From a virus (Duplodnaviria; Heunggongvirae; Uroviricota; Caudoviricetes): a DNA stretch of 64,000 nt. The position numbers and the translations under genes are program-made. Positions 9,401-19,223 of this stretch are shown here, one piece after another. Under the pieces are notes generated by a model, which saw nothing but the letters and a program-made list of their open reading frames with translations, ran no database searches and had not been told where the DNA came from. Location: IMG/VR virus record IMGVR_UViG_3300029288_000059, positions 1 through 64,000 of that record; one strand, given 5' to 3'. Position 1 is the first letter of the stretch, and the number at the start of each line of letters is the position of its first letter.

Positions 9401-12400
9401 TAATAAATGATACTTGATTATATGCTGCAGAAAGGAATAATTTATCTCCTTCATTAAGAGTACCATCTGCCCATAATAAGAAATTCTTAGCTAAACGTTC
9501 CCAATCATACGCTACATTATTATCATCAACATAATCAAAAGTGAACCCTTGTTGTTTAAGATATGAACTATATCCTATAATAAACTCAAACAACGATGCT
9601 ACACTTGAGAATCCATACCCATATTCATAAGACTTCGTCTTATTAGTATAGGAAGTATACATTGTTAGATTAAACTTACCAATAACGACATTAGTAGATA
9701 ATTTAGCCTTGTTAGGTAATAGTACATTAAAATAACGATTGGTTGGGTCGTAACCTGTTACTCTATAATAAGTCCCGTCCCACTCAATAATAATGGCAGA
9801 ATATGATGGTTCATTCCTACTAGGAGATATATTTAAATCTACATTAAAATCGTTCGATTCTAATTCACCAAATACTTCAGACTTAAAGGATAATTTATCC
9901 GTATTAATATATGACCCGGATAGATAACCTAATGAGGTAGATGCTTCTCTCAAGTAGTTACCGAAGTTATCACTTATATCTAAATTTTCCTTATTAAGAT
10001 TATCAGATAACCATTGTTGATAACCATAATTCAATGTACCGTTTTCATTATGTACGACGATATCCTCAGTTGTTATTGGATTATATAAATCATCAACATA
10101 TTGCATATATGTTGTATTTTGAAATAGATACTGTTGTGTAGTTGTGTTCCAATTAACATCACACCATTTAGCTGGTTTAGCTAAGTATAATGATAATTGT
10201 TCCATATAACCAAAATCACTTGACGTTCTCCATAACCATTCTAATGGGGATACATCACCAATCTTCCAATTAGATTTGGCATCAATAATATTAGGTTCAT
10301 CAGTAGTTATACCACTTTGATTTGGCAATAATAAATTACCAACGTCGTCAACTGGTATACATGACAATAACCCATTACGTTTGAAGCAATCGTATGTACC
10401 TTTAAAATCACCATCAGCGATATAACCGTTAGCTAAATCTTTCCATAGTGTACTATTTTGATTAGTATATGGTGATTTACCATACTTATCTTCCCACCAA
10501 TCCGGTTTAATTGTAAAACCTAACATTTCCCATGGGTTAGTATGTGGTCTTTCTGTATCATAATACCACAATAATATACCACGTATATGTCCTGGTAATG
10601 GTTCACCATCTTTATCATATATGGATGACCAATTCCAAGTTGATTTATTTCCTTCTATATAAGTAGTATTCTTAGTAATATCGTACTTATTATTAAATAA
10701 CCATTCGTTTAATGGTCTACTAATTAACGTATTCCATTCACTCCTACTATATTCAGTAGTTCTAAACTTACCCGGAATAACATCGTACTTATTAAATAAT
10801 GGCCTTATTGTTAAAAATTTACTATTGATAGAATCATAAATTCTATTTTCGAACTCTAACAATGCATTATCTCTAAAATTACCATACAAATCTACAATTG
10901 AGCCGTCGTGACATCTTAATCTATCAACTGGAGTAACTAATGAAGTATCATTAAATATTTCTGGTTTATACGCCGATGATAGTCCTAAAAATGCAGATGT
11001 AGCAGGTATAAATGATAACGTCTTAATCATACCCGAATTATAGAATGGGAATGAACTATCCTTACCAACATTTATTGTTTGTAAGATTGTATCAACGATT
11101 GTTGAGGTTGTAGAGGTTGATGTATATTCGCTATTATTAGCCATTGTATTAATTAGTGTTCTAAACTTAGTATAATAGGAATTATATGAATTAGCTACAA
11201 AGTTCATAACTTGTCTCATATTAAGATATGAGAGTGACGAAGTTGTCATTAACTTTATCATCGAACCATCAGTCTTAACTATTTCAGAACCTAATGCAGT
11301 GTTTCTAATAGTGGAATTATAATTGTTTATACCATGTCCTTTACCTACAATACCACTTTGACGTTCAATAATAGAAATAAAATGTTCTATTAACTCATCC
11401 ATAGCAATAGTGGTTATATTCTCATTCTTGATATTGGACTGTAAGTTAATAGGAATTTCATAATAACTATTATCGGACAATGCAACATTAGTATTACGGT
11501 TATATACTTTGGTCTGTAATATATCACCATCAGTAAAATTATAAGAATCTGATATTCTAAGTATAGTAGCATCGATTGAGTAATCTGTATTCTCAACCAA
11601 TACCTTATTATTAATCGTCACATATAATGTTGGACCATTACTAATATCTGTTTGTGGTTTAACATCTAATGTATAAGTTCTAACATATTCCTCACTATTT
11701 GATGTGGGTTGTTTATACATATCCCATCGACTTATAATATCCTGTCTAGTACCTTTTGAATTATAATTCCAATCAGTACCATATTCTTTAGTTTCAAAGT
11801 TATAATACAATCTAATACCATCAGTATTGTCAGTAGTTAGATTATTATTGAATACATAGGACGAGTATGAATTCTTATATAATTTTACACCCGTCTCACT
11901 ATCAGTAGCAGATGTATTCTTTACATCATAAGAAAATAACTTACAACCAGTAAAGGTTGAAGATGGATAAACACCCGTATCATTGAATGACGTTAAAGTA
12001 TGGTCATATAAATTAAACAATGGATATTGATTTTTAGTAGTCTTGTTCTGTGCTTCATGCCATGTGTAGTTTAAATAATAGAAAGTCTTACCTCCGTAGA
12101 CAGTACCTTTACGAACTCTCACTACTTCATAATCTGTACCTCTACTAATACCATTAAATCCATCAGTCTCATACTTTAATACAAACTTACCATTAACTTT
12201 GACTGCTTTCTGTATAGTATCTTGTTCTGAGGTATTTGGACCAAGGAATAATATACGCATACCATCTTCTAAGGGTATTCCATCAACTACAACGTTCTCT
12301 TGTCCTACAATTTCATCTAATGATGCAATACGATAATAAACAACATCCACAGCCTTACGACCTATATAACCACTATTATAAAGATATAATCCACTATTAT

Positions 12401-13229
12401 ATTGAATGATTGGTCTCTTAGCTTGATATGCCGTTGTATTGAGTGAATTAGTAACACCCTTTAATTGATTAACATGGAACCATCTATTATTAAACGACCA
12501 TTGATTCAAATCACTTGAACCTCTTTCCATAACAAAATAATCTTTTACATTATCACTAGACGATGCCCATTCACTATCATCTATTAATTTAATACTTTTA
12601 CCAACATTCTCTACTATATATGGTATATTATTATATTCAGTATTAGCATCATTAGTTAGTACGATTTTCATACCAGATTGTAGAACTGTTGTTCCTAATG
12701 TAGCATTTGTATTACCAATAACATCCGTTACAACATTAGTCGATGTTGATATTGTTATTGGGACTGGACCATTTGGACACCAGTAATAATTTGAATAGTT
12801 TATTATCATATCTACATTAATAGGTGGACACCAACTCCATGCATTAGATGAAAATAATCTTGCGTGATTATTAGTTAATGACCCTTGGTTTCTTAATATA
12901 TCAATTAAGTCTTGATAAAATAAATGTGTTTGTACTTCATTTTGATTATTACGTGAAACCATTATTGGTTCTAATTGATAGTGTTGTCGACTAGAAGTCT
13001 TTTCTTGTACATAAACATCACTAGTAACAATATTCTTACTTAGATGGCCGATGTAACCATTAACTTCTTCTTCTTGAGAAGGTTGATACATTGGGTTAAT
13101 TACAGCATCAAATACTTTTTCGATGTCTTCATTCGTAGATAACCATTCAGGCAGGATATCTTTAATATCCCGCTTTTCAATTGATTTCTTATCAGTTATT
13201 ACATTTTTTGCTGCAAACGGATTAGACAT
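6465..13229 (-). CDS. very large virion structural protein, probably baseplate wedge type
   Basis: 2254-aa beta-rich ORF with late TAAATA box and GGAG RBS; resembles large baseplate proteins of jumbo myophages. Confidence 0.65.
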   Translation of the reverse strand: MSNPFAAKNVITDKKSIEKRDIKDILPEWLSTNEDIEKVFDAVINPMYQPSQEEEVNGYIGHLSKNIVTSDVYVQEKTSSRQHYQLEPIMVSRNNQNEVQTHLFYQDLIDILRNQGSLTNNHARLFSSNAWSWCPPINVDMIINYSNYYWCPNGPVPITISTSTNVVTDVIGNTNATLGTTVLQSGMKIVLTNDANTEYNNIPYIVENVGKSIKLIDDSEWASSSDNVKDYFVMERGSSDLNQWSFNNRWFHVNQLKGVTNSLNTTAYQAKRPIIQYNSGLYLYNSGYIGRKAVDVVYYRIASLDEIVGQENVVVDGIPLEDGMRILFLGPNTSEQDTIQKAVKVNGKFVLKYETDGFNGISRGTDYEVVRVRKGTVYGGKTFYYLNYTWHEAQNKTTKNQYPLFNLYDHTLTSFNDTGVYPSSTFTGCKLFSYDVKNTSATDSETGVKLYKNSYSSYVFNNNLTTDNTDGIRLYYNFETKEYGTDWNYNSKGTRQDIISRWDMYKQPTSNSEEYVRTYTLDVKPQTDISNGPTLYVTINNKVLVENTDYSIDATILRISDSYNFTDGDILQTKVYNRNTNVALSDNSYYEIPINLQSNIKNENITTIAMDELIEHFISIIERQSGIVGKGHGINNYNSTIRNTALGSEIVKTDGSMIKLMTTSSLSYLNMRQVMNFVANSYNSYYTKFRTLINTMANNSEYTSTSTTSTIVDTILQTINVGKDSSFPFYNSGMIKTLSFIPATSAFLGLSSAYKPEIFNDTSLVTPVDRLRCHDGSIVDLYGNFRDNALLEFENRIYDSINSKFLTIRPLFNKYDVIPGKFRTTEYSRSEWNTLISRPLNEWLFNNKYDITKNTTYIEGNKSTWNWSSIYDKDGEPLPGHIRGILLWYYDTERPHTNPWEMLGFTIKPDWWEDKYGKSPYTNQNSTLWKDLANGYIADGDFKGTYDCFKRNGLLSCIPVDDVGNLLLPNQSGITTDEPNIIDAKSNWKIGDVSPLEWLWRTSSDFGYMEQLSLYLAKPAKWCDVNWNTTTQQYLFQNTTYMQYVDDLYNPITTEDIVVHNENGTLNYGYQQWLSDNLNKENLDISDNFGNYLREASTSLGYLSGSYINTDKLSFKSEVFGELESNDFNVDLNISPSRNEPSYSAIIIEWDGTYYRVTGYDPTNRYFNVLLPNKAKLSTNVVIGKFNLTMYTSYTNKTKSYEYGYGFSSVASLFEFIIGYSSYLKQQGFTFDYVDDNNVAYDWERLAKNFLLWADGTLNEGDKLFLSAAYNQVSFISDFGMIDGVPQYINGGWSIYDLEGTPLTNDAITVNRIGSSIVVDNDTSVPLAFIRFKRIEMEHYVLFQNTTKFGDVLYIPKYNARIKRLKYIAERVSGWDGTLFAPGYIVRRSGLLSNPEKMATDFIKYYDNYSVGLNSKLDEYAKKIIGFQPTGGYKNLLGGMKNQFDFYKGVLKTKGTNQVYNKITRSNVYKQDTDITISEEWAFLLGKYGSIDLYTTTEFLIGEGDITTDPLVVQYNSETTLDDKDYIITIGKDSDKWLKKTMNDNFTFRSLDSNINDYPSAGPVLYNEPTLITKTLDDYTLTLDNIGNQIWVTFDTNEWGFYKVKSLPSITSMSHYDTYTTITFATVHNFTVNDRFYLIDSSSTSPNLKGINKILEIVDTTSIKISNVIDADITYTDDNRPTGVSLFNRRFKTIPTTTLNDVNDYCYVDRTDLKTLTYSDTNNVSSGVKTGEHRWSVFKWTSSLWDLIRVEQPKLDVRLIESVYAYSDNIAHTVLQIFDPIKRLIPGSADVELYYKLETDPAKYTSITDIETWGEEQVGRLWWDLSTVKYYDYEQSDIGYRRKFWGKLVEGSTIDIYEWTKSPVSPYAWDKYVTNNSSVSGTVLNADNPSYVEQSSVNEYGITTTYYYFWVINSITLPNKTFRKITASNVAQIITSPHKTGLPWFAPLSSDGYDNYYTVGNFYSFLNTEMTIQINRITTTDIDKPIHKQWVLIKNDGNDDVNDTIWDKMKDSLLGYDKLNAVVPDTTLNTDYRYGISIRPRQSMFKDMYMARKIFVKTLNDILLIENVVENDVYWDSVFLAGEVYPTYDIKTSTITTRDKLLDTTTIVIGTTVLVETDSTFNGKWVLYTYAGNTTWTTTDKQSYRMSDYYDIVDWYKDGYTSTTPLTYTFDTIAKRAACITATMGDIAKVLDNGSGVWLLCILLGNGTWETIGLEDGTVQFKSTLYTESTDSYTINELNQLLSILIDYIKGRDS

Positions 13230-13253
13230 AATTAACTCCTGAACATTCCTTAC

Positions 13254-13271
13254 TATTTATTATTATAAATA
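13254..13271. promoter_or_regulatory. divergent late promoters (TAAATA on -, TATAAATA on +)
   Basis: T4 late consensus between divergent structural genes. Confidence 0.65.
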
Positions 13272-13298
13272 ATATAAATTATAATAGGGATTTCTACA

Positions 13299-15008
13299 AT
13301 GGCAGAAAAACAAGTTGCATTAGTTCAAGTTCGAAGTGGATTATCTTCCCAATTACCAGACTCATTAGAAGAATTTGAGTTTGGTACTACTACCGATAAT
13401 GGTGGACTATATATTGGTACTTCTATTAATGATACAACATACGTACCTCGTATTCGTTCTCAAAACAATATATATCCCTATAATAACGTTGAAGTTTTAA
13501 CTGAAAGAAGTGATAACTTAAATATAATCAAACATAATTATATTGGTTATGAAAGTTCACCTATTGTCTATCCAACCATTGTTAATGGGTTAGCCACTGT
13601 AACTACATTAACTACTAGTTCTACTATATCTATTAACGGCATTAATGTCACATTAACTAATAATGGACTAACACTAGATGACACGGTATCTGCTATTAAT
13701 AATACAAACATACCAAACATTATAGCACATAACAATAATGGATTATTTTGCCTTGTTAATTTAACAGGTAGTTCTATCACGTTATCAAATGTACTTAATG
13801 ATCCATTACAAAGATTACAATTAACATATAGCAGTACAGATACAACAATAACATATCCATCTAGTTCATTATACGAACGCACATTACAATCCGTATTAGA
13901 TGATACAATTAATGCTAAAGCATTTAATGTACTACCTACTACTCAGGATAATAGTTTATACTTCAATGGCTTATTTTCTGCCTTATACTTATCGTATTCT
14001 AAATTAGAAAACTATCGTATTACATATCTCAATAGTGGCAAATACTATATTAACACTAGGGCGATTAACTTACCACCCTATTGTAAATTAAAAGGTGAAG
14101 GTTCAGATAGGACTATAATTTACAGTACATCTAGTTCTAACATCGTATCATTAATGGATGGTAGAGGAGTATTAGATACTCAACTAGAATATGGTACACA
14201 AGCAGCAACGCAACCATCTAATATTGTTATTTCAGATATAACATTCCAACATAGTTTAGATTACAATGCATTAAATTTATATGGTGGGAAAGATATAACA
14301 TTCGAACGGTGTAAGTTTATTTCTGGTGGTAATAGTAACTCTATATTAGCACATATCAAGCAATTAGGGTATAATGACATTAGTAACATTAAGTTCATTG
14401 ATTGTGAATTTGATACAAGTAATTATGGTATATACATCAATACCCCATGTTCATCAATTAGTGTTATTAGATGCTCATTCAAAAACATATACAATCAAGC
14501 AATTTACATAAATGGGACTAGTACAACCAATAGTGATAACATATTAGTTAAAGATTGTTATTTTAAAGATTGTGCAATTAATACTAATAACTGTATATAT
14601 TTTGGTTCACACGTAACCAATAGTAATATCACAGGTTGTAAATTCGCCAATCTAAACACTGTACAGCCTGTTGTTAATTATTCTAATACAAGTAACTATG
14701 ACAATGTAGTATCCGTTGTAGCACCTGTAAATGAAACTACAATCGTATGTTCTACATTATGTGAAGATTGTTATACCTTATTTGATTATGTATTATTGAA
14801 TGGTGAAGAAACAAGAACTGGTAAATTATCATTCTATGTTGATTCGAGTCTTGCAACCAATTCAACCATAGTCTTTAGTGATAGTTGTATTGGTAATTAC
14901 TCTTCATCATTTATTATGAGAAAAACAAATGATGGAGTTAGTATTTCACTATTGAATAATTCAACCTTATCTGTTACATTACGTTATGGAATCAACAACA
15001 TAACATAG
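13299..15008 (+). CDS. tailspike/depolymerase-like protein (Mtd-N-like anchor plus pectate-lyase-like beta-helix)
   Basis: N-terminal VQVRSG...EFG...D.G.LYIG; G.YYI...L.GEG...TII and repeated I.F..C.F beta-helix rungs. Confidence 0.7.
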   Translation: MAEKQVALVQVRSGLSSQLPDSLEEFEFGTTTDNGGLYIGTSINDTTYVPRIRSQNNIYPYNNVEVLTERSDNLNIIKHNYIGYESSPIVYPTIVNGLATVTTLTTSSTISINGINVTLTNNGLTLDDTVSAINNTNIPNIIAHNNNGLFCLVNLTGSSITLSNVLNDPLQRLQLTYSSTDTTITYPSSSLYERTLQSVLDDTINAKAFNVLPTTQDNSLYFNGLFSALYLSYSKLENYRITYLNSGKYYINTRAINLPPYCKLKGEGSDRTIIYSTSSSNIVSLMDGRGVLDTQLEYGTQAATQPSNIVISDITFQHSLDYNALNLYGGKDITFERCKFISGGNSNSILAHIKQLGYNDISNIKFIDCEFDTSNYGIYINTPCSSISVIRCSFKNIYNQAIYINGTSTTNSDNILVKDCYFKDCAINTNNCIYFGSHVTNSNITGCKFANLNTVQPVVNYSNTSNYDNVVSVVAPVNETTIVCSTLCEDCYTLFDYVLLNGEETRTGKLSFYVDSSLATNSTIVFSDSCIGNYSSSFIMRKTNDGVSISLLNNSTLSVTLRYGINNIT

Positions 15009-15012
15009 CAAC

Positions 15013-15453
15013 ATGAACATTTTCACCTTACAACAAGACAAACGGTTAGAAGAATGGAAGCATTGGCGTAATACATTAACTTATGATATAGATTCACTAT
15101 ATCAATGTGTTAATTATTGGAAACAAGCACCATTATCTAATCATATAATCGACCCATATAATCATAAAAGTTGGTATACTCCATGGGAGTTAATATATAA
15201 AAACTATTATGATTTATCATCCATCTCCATCGTTATCTACTACTCACTCATCCTATCCGATAATAGATGGAAAGATGATTTAGAACTATGGTTGATAAAT
15301 GATGGTGAGGATGAATGTTTAATAACTGTTTATAAAGAACATTTGTTATTAAATTATCAAAATACTATATGTAATATTAGTGATTGTACTTTTACAATCA
15401 TTCAAAAATATAAGTACGATGACAAACGTGCTACCGTAGACAAATATCAATAA
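15013..15453 (+). CDS. conserved hypothetical phage protein
   Basis: RL.EW..WR...W..AP...DPY...W.TPWELI motif; coupled to the tailspike gene. Confidence 0.7.
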   Translation: MNIFTLQQDKRLEEWKHWRNTLTYDIDSLYQCVNYWKQAPLSNHIIDPYNHKSWYTPWELIYKNYYDLSSISIVIYYSLILSDNRWKDDLELWLINDGEDECLITVYKEHLLLNYQNTICNISDCTFTIIQKYKYDDKRATVDKYQ

Positions 15454-15754
15454 AGTTCTCACTGGTTCCCATATTCATATACATCAATAACATTTCGTCT
15501 ATTAGTAATAATTGATTACCAATGTAAGAATATGGTAAGGTTGATAGTCGTTCTAACACCAATAAATTATGTGATGTTAATGGTGGTATCTTATAAGTTT
15601 GGTATGGATAGATATCATGGAGAATAACTTTATCATATCCAATAGTGTTTAATCTTTTAGTATATGGTGTTAAAAAAAGGGAACCTTCAAAAGAAGGTTC
15701 CTTTTCTTTGACTTTATCATAACAATATTTTTGTATTGTTACTTGTTTTTGCAT
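15431..15754 (-). CDS. hypothetical protein (true start probably downstream of the terminator hairpin)
   Basis: ORF only; its 5' part overlaps a terminator. Confidence 0.35.
   Translation of the reverse strand: MQKQVTIQKYCYDKVKEKEPSFEGSLFLTPYTKRLNTIGYDKVILHDIYPYQTYKIPPLTSHNLLVLERLSTLPYSYIGNQLLLIDEMLLMYMNMGTSENFIDICLR
15672..15709. terminator. bidirectional intrinsic terminator
   Basis: AAAAAAAGGGAACCTTC-AAAA-GAAGGTTCCTTTTCTTT. Confidence 0.7.
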
Positions 15755-17031
15755 TTAGATTCTGCTTTATCAATTGCTTCTTGTGAAGCACCCGAATTCT
15801 TCATAATCTTTCTAATAGCATCCCAATCGATACCGTCATCTTTTTCGATTTTCTTTTCTACTTTGGTCATTATAGTATCTTTAACGTCTTTTGGTAAAGA
15901 ACGTTGATTTAACAACGACTTAACTTTAGATTTATCTAATGTACATTTAGCAGTTGAATTGTTACTAATTTTATTTTTAACTTCTACACTCTTTGCTTCA
16001 TTCAATCCATAAGATTCAAGAAACGTATTAAAACTAGCACGGAACTGTTCTACACTTTCGTTATAGATTGTATCGGCATCTTCATCTCTAATCGATGGAC
16101 GGTCTTTAGCAACACGAATGACACCCGCAGTATTAATTGCATCCGTACCTGGGAATTCACATAATTCTGGGTCGTTTATATTTTCATCCAAGGATAGGAG
16201 ATTATACAAATCCTGTACAAATTCACGGAAGGAGTCCCCCGATTCCCAGTACGAACGCATTTCAGCAACTAAATCGGAACCACCTTTTTCGTAATGGTCT
16301 TGAATTTTATCAAACATTGTATTATATAATTCTTCGTCCTCGTCCGCATATTTATCAACTTCACGGTTCTCAGTTACTTTTTTGCCGGATGCATCATCCA
16401 AATTATGTATTTTATTATACCTGGTTTGAATGAAACTTTCAACTTTAGTACCGTTAGGATCTTTAAACCACACACTAAACATATCAAAAACTAACTCATT
16501 TATATCACCATCATTCACGTACCACGCAATAATTTCACTAATTCGTGGGTCTATCGAGCCTTCATTCAACTCACGTGATTCGTCATATACATCCCTGTCA
16601 GGAATGTTATCAAGTTGGGTTTGAATGTATTGCTCAGCATTGGTACCACCACTAAGCCATTCACTAAACATATTCTCAACTAAATCAGATACTTGATAAG
16701 CATCATCATACCATTCTATAATTTTATTAATTTTATTATATGGTAATCGGCTTTCATTCAACTTACATGATTCATCCAAGTTCATACTATTGTTAATATC
16801 GTCCAATGCGTTATCTTGTTCGGGTGTTAAATCTGATAATTCATCGACTGGTAAGTTTTCACTACCTGTTCCTGGAATATCAGTTGATATATCCTGTGTT
16901 GGTTCACCCAAAGGTAAAGCAGTATTATTGTTACCTATTTGGTCTAGTACACTTAATAGATTTTTCATATCATCTAAATTATCACTATTAACATTAGCAA
17001 TAATATTAGCTTGTATTGTTGGTTCACTCAT
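15739..17031 (-). CDS. acidic head-internal/scaffold-like polyprotein with three ~65-aa repeats
   Basis: Many (L/Y/V)xE-(S/N/G/A) motifs separating homologous helical domains. Confidence 0.6.
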   Translation of the reverse strand: MSEPTIQANIIANVNSDNLDDMKNLLSVLDQIGNNNTALPLGEPTQDISTDIPGTGSENLPVDELSDLTPEQDNALDDINNSMNLDESCKLNESRLPYNKINKIIEWYDDAYQVSDLVENMFSEWLSGGTNAEQYIQTQLDNIPDRDVYDESRELNEGSIDPRISEIIAWYVNDGDINELVFDMFSVWFKDPNGTKVESFIQTRYNKIHNLDDASGKKVTENREVDKYADEDEELYNTMFDKIQDHYEKGGSDLVAEMRSYWESGDSFREFVQDLYNLLSLDENINDPELCEFPGTDAINTAGVIRVAKDRPSIRDEDADTIYNESVEQFRASFNTFLESYGLNEAKSVEVKNKISNNSTAKCTLDKSKVKSLLNQRSLPKDVKDTIMTKVEKKIEKDDGIDWDAIRKIMKNSGASQEAIDKAESKCKNK

Positions 17032-17068
17032 CTCATTAATTCCTTATTACAATTTAAACATATTATAT

Positions 17069-17554
17069 TTATTTTATTTTGAATTCAGTATAACGGGCAG
17101 GCAAATCATTCTTCAATGTTTTAACCATCAATTCATTATACTTATCACCATAATAATCAGTAGATACTGCAGGAGATTCGTTATCTTCTTCCTCTACTTT
17201 TTTATTAAGTTGGTCTTCATGTTCTTGTCGTATTGTTGATTCCCTACCAACATAAATTCGTTGTGGACTAATCTTTAATAGTACCGCAATTTCATTTTGT
17301 AAAAATACATCCAATACAGGATAATCAACAACAAAGTCATATACATAAGTTTCTATATTAGACAATGTTGGAAACTCAGGTACGGAGGAACGAATAATAG
17401 TTTTAATTGGTTTAGAAAACGATACTAGTGAATACTTCTCCAGCATCTTCTTAACTTTTTCAATCTCGTCTTTGGATGGCTCAAATGCCAATTTAAGAAC
17501 AAATGGATAATGTTTCTTTGTCAAAATTAAATAATCTTTTAAACTCTTTTTCAT
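17069..17554 (-). CDS. conserved late hypothetical (virion-associated) protein
   Basis: GAGG RBS; TATAAATA on the minus strand at 17587-17594. Confidence 0.7.
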   Translation of the reverse strand: MKKSLKDYLILTKKHYPFVLKLAFEPSKDEIEKVKKMLEKYSLVSFSKPIKTIIRSSVPEFPTLSNIETYVYDFVVDYPVLDVFLQNEIAVLLKISPQRIYVGRESTIRQEHEDQLNKKVEEEDNESPAVSTDYYGDKYNELMVKTLKNDLPARYTEFKIK

Positions 17555-17604
17555 AATAAATCCCTCTTACGTTACAACATTTACTATATTTATAATTTTA
17601 AAGT

Positions 17605-17637
17605 AAAAACTCCAGAACTTTTACATCCTGGAGTTTT
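17605..17637 (-). terminator. intrinsic terminator after hsp20
   Basis: AAAACTCCAG...CTGGAGTTTT inverted repeat. Confidence 0.65.
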
Positions 17638-17700
17638 CAAACAATTATTAGTTAGATGATTGCTTACAGACGAACCTTTCATCTGCGTATTATTTATAAC

Positions 17701-18168
17701 TTACGAAATCGGTATTCGTCTAGGTCTTTTTTCTTCCGGTATGTTCTTAATAACAAAGATAGACAATAACCCATCAATAAAGGATACTTCATTCACTTCA
17801 AAATATTCACATAACAAGAACTTACGAGTGATATCTTTTTGTGAAATCCCTTTATGTAAGTACTCAAGTTGTAATGTATTGGGTTGTACAGAATGGGATT
17901 CATCATCTTCACTAGGGATGTATTCTTCCGAATTATTAAACATTTCATCATACTTAGCATCAATCAATAACTGATTATCATTAACCGTTACTGTGATATT
18001 ATCTTTCTTGAATCCAGCCATTGCCAATTCGATTTTGTACTTATCATCAGTTAGTTTGATGATATTATATGGTGGATATGTTGGTTCAATTGAGTTTAAA
18101 GATGTTAGCTCATTCAAAATATCAAATAAGCCAATACTGTTACGTGAATAGTAATTATTAGTATGCAT
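17701..18168 (-). CDS. small heat-shock protein (Hsp20, IbpA-like); start refined to MHTNN
   Basis: YPPYNI...IELAMAGF...YLHKGIS...DGLLSI....PEEKRPRRIPI. Confidence 0.92.
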   Translation of the reverse strand: MHTNNYYSRNSIGLFDILNELTSLNSIEPTYPPYNIIKLTDDKYKIELAMAGFKKDNITVTVNDNQLLIDAKYDEMFNNSEEYIPSEDDESHSVQPNTLQLEYLHKGISQKDITRKFLLCEYFEVNEVSFIDGLLSIFVIKNIPEEKRPRRIPIS

Positions 18169-18255
18169 TATAGAACCCTCCATAGGAATGCAAAGGTCAA
18201 TTTATGTTTCATATCCCAATATGGCAATATGAATAGTAGGAACATCCTACTCATA
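18169..18255 (-). promoter_or_regulatory. ROSE-like RNA thermometer in the hsp20 5' UTR
   Basis: Three hairpins; the last is ACCUUU-G(bulge)-CAU/AUG-GAGGGU and occludes the SD. Confidence 0.65.
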
Positions 18256-18325
18256 CTATTTAGTACGGATTTTCAAAAAAACAAGTAAATACATATAAGA
18301 AAAACATAAGCATGGAGGTTTTAAT

Positions 18326-18775
18326 ATGCGTAAAACAGGTAAGGCTGGTAAAGCACTAATAAAATACTATGAAGGTATTAAACTAAAGGCATACTTATGT
18401 CCTGCCGGTATTCCAACTATTGGTTATGGACATACCAAAGATGTCAAAATGGGGATGGTTATAACCGAAAGTCAAGCAGATGAATTCTTCGACATTGACT
18501 TAACCGAGTTCGAACTACAAGTTAGTGATGCAGTTAAAGTACCGTTATCACAAAATCAATTCGATGCATTAGTTGCATTCACCTATAATGAAGGTATTGG
18601 TAATCTTAAAACATCTACATTATTGAAGATGATTAATGCACGTGATTATTTTCATGCTGCCGACCAGTTCATTAAATGGAATAAAGTTAAAAATCCAAAG
18701 ACTGGTGTGTATGAAGTGTGTGATGGTTTGACAACTCGTCGTTTAGCCGAAAAGAAGCTATTTATGACAATATGA
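18326..18775 (+). CDS. GH24 phage lysozyme (endolysin)
   Basis: EG..L.AY.CPAG..TIGYGHT, QFDALV.F.YN.G, GL..RR..E. Confidence 0.93.
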   Translation: MRKTGKAGKALIKYYEGIKLKAYLCPAGIPTIGYGHTKDVKMGMVITESQADEFFDIDLTEFELQVSDAVKVPLSQNQFDALVAFTYNEGIGNLKTSTLLKMINARDYFHAADQFIKWNKVKNPKTGVYEVCDGLTTRRLAEKKLFMTI

Positions 18776-18781
18776 TATTAT

Positions 18782-18811
18782 TTGGGGTGAGATATCTCAC
18801 CCCAATCTTTT
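18782..18811 (+). terminator. intrinsic terminator
   Basis: TTGGGGTGAG-ATAT-CTCACCCCAA followed by TCTTTT. Confidence 0.75.
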
Positions 18812-18854
18812 ATTAATACATTTAAAAACATTATCCCAATATACAAACAAACTA

Positions 18855-18882
18855 TTGACTTAGTTTGTTAATGTGTTATACT
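18855..18882 (+). promoter_or_regulatory. sigma70-like promoter
   Basis: TTGACT-16-TATACT. Confidence 0.65.
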
Positions 18883-18914
18883 TAAATTATAAACACAAAC
18901 ATCGGGATACGCAA

Positions 18915-19214
18915 ATGGAACTCAATATAACATTTAATTACAAACAACCTAAATTAGATACTCGTTTTTCTACTTGTACTAATGAAACTCTTCATACATT
19001 ATGGGATGAATTAGTTAGTATAGGTAAAACACAACAGTTAAAATCTTGGTTTCGGCCTTTAGATAACAGCACTGTTGGGTTTAATAATCTCTTTAATTAC
19101 ATACTTACTGTCTATCCAACTTCTACGTTATTAGCTACCGCACTAATGATATTCTGTAATGAACATAATTTGATGGATGAATTAAATTATTGGTTAGATA
19201 ACAACTCGAAGTGA
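18915..19214 (+). CDS. hypothetical protein (start refined to MELNI)
   Basis: ORF downstream of the promoter. Confidence 0.6.
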   Translation: MELNITFNYKQPKLDTRFSTCTNETLHTLWDELVSIGKTQQLKSWFRPLDNSTVGFNNLFNYILTVYPTSTLLATALMIFCNEHNLMDELNYWLDNNSK

Positions 19215-19223
19215 GATTAACAA

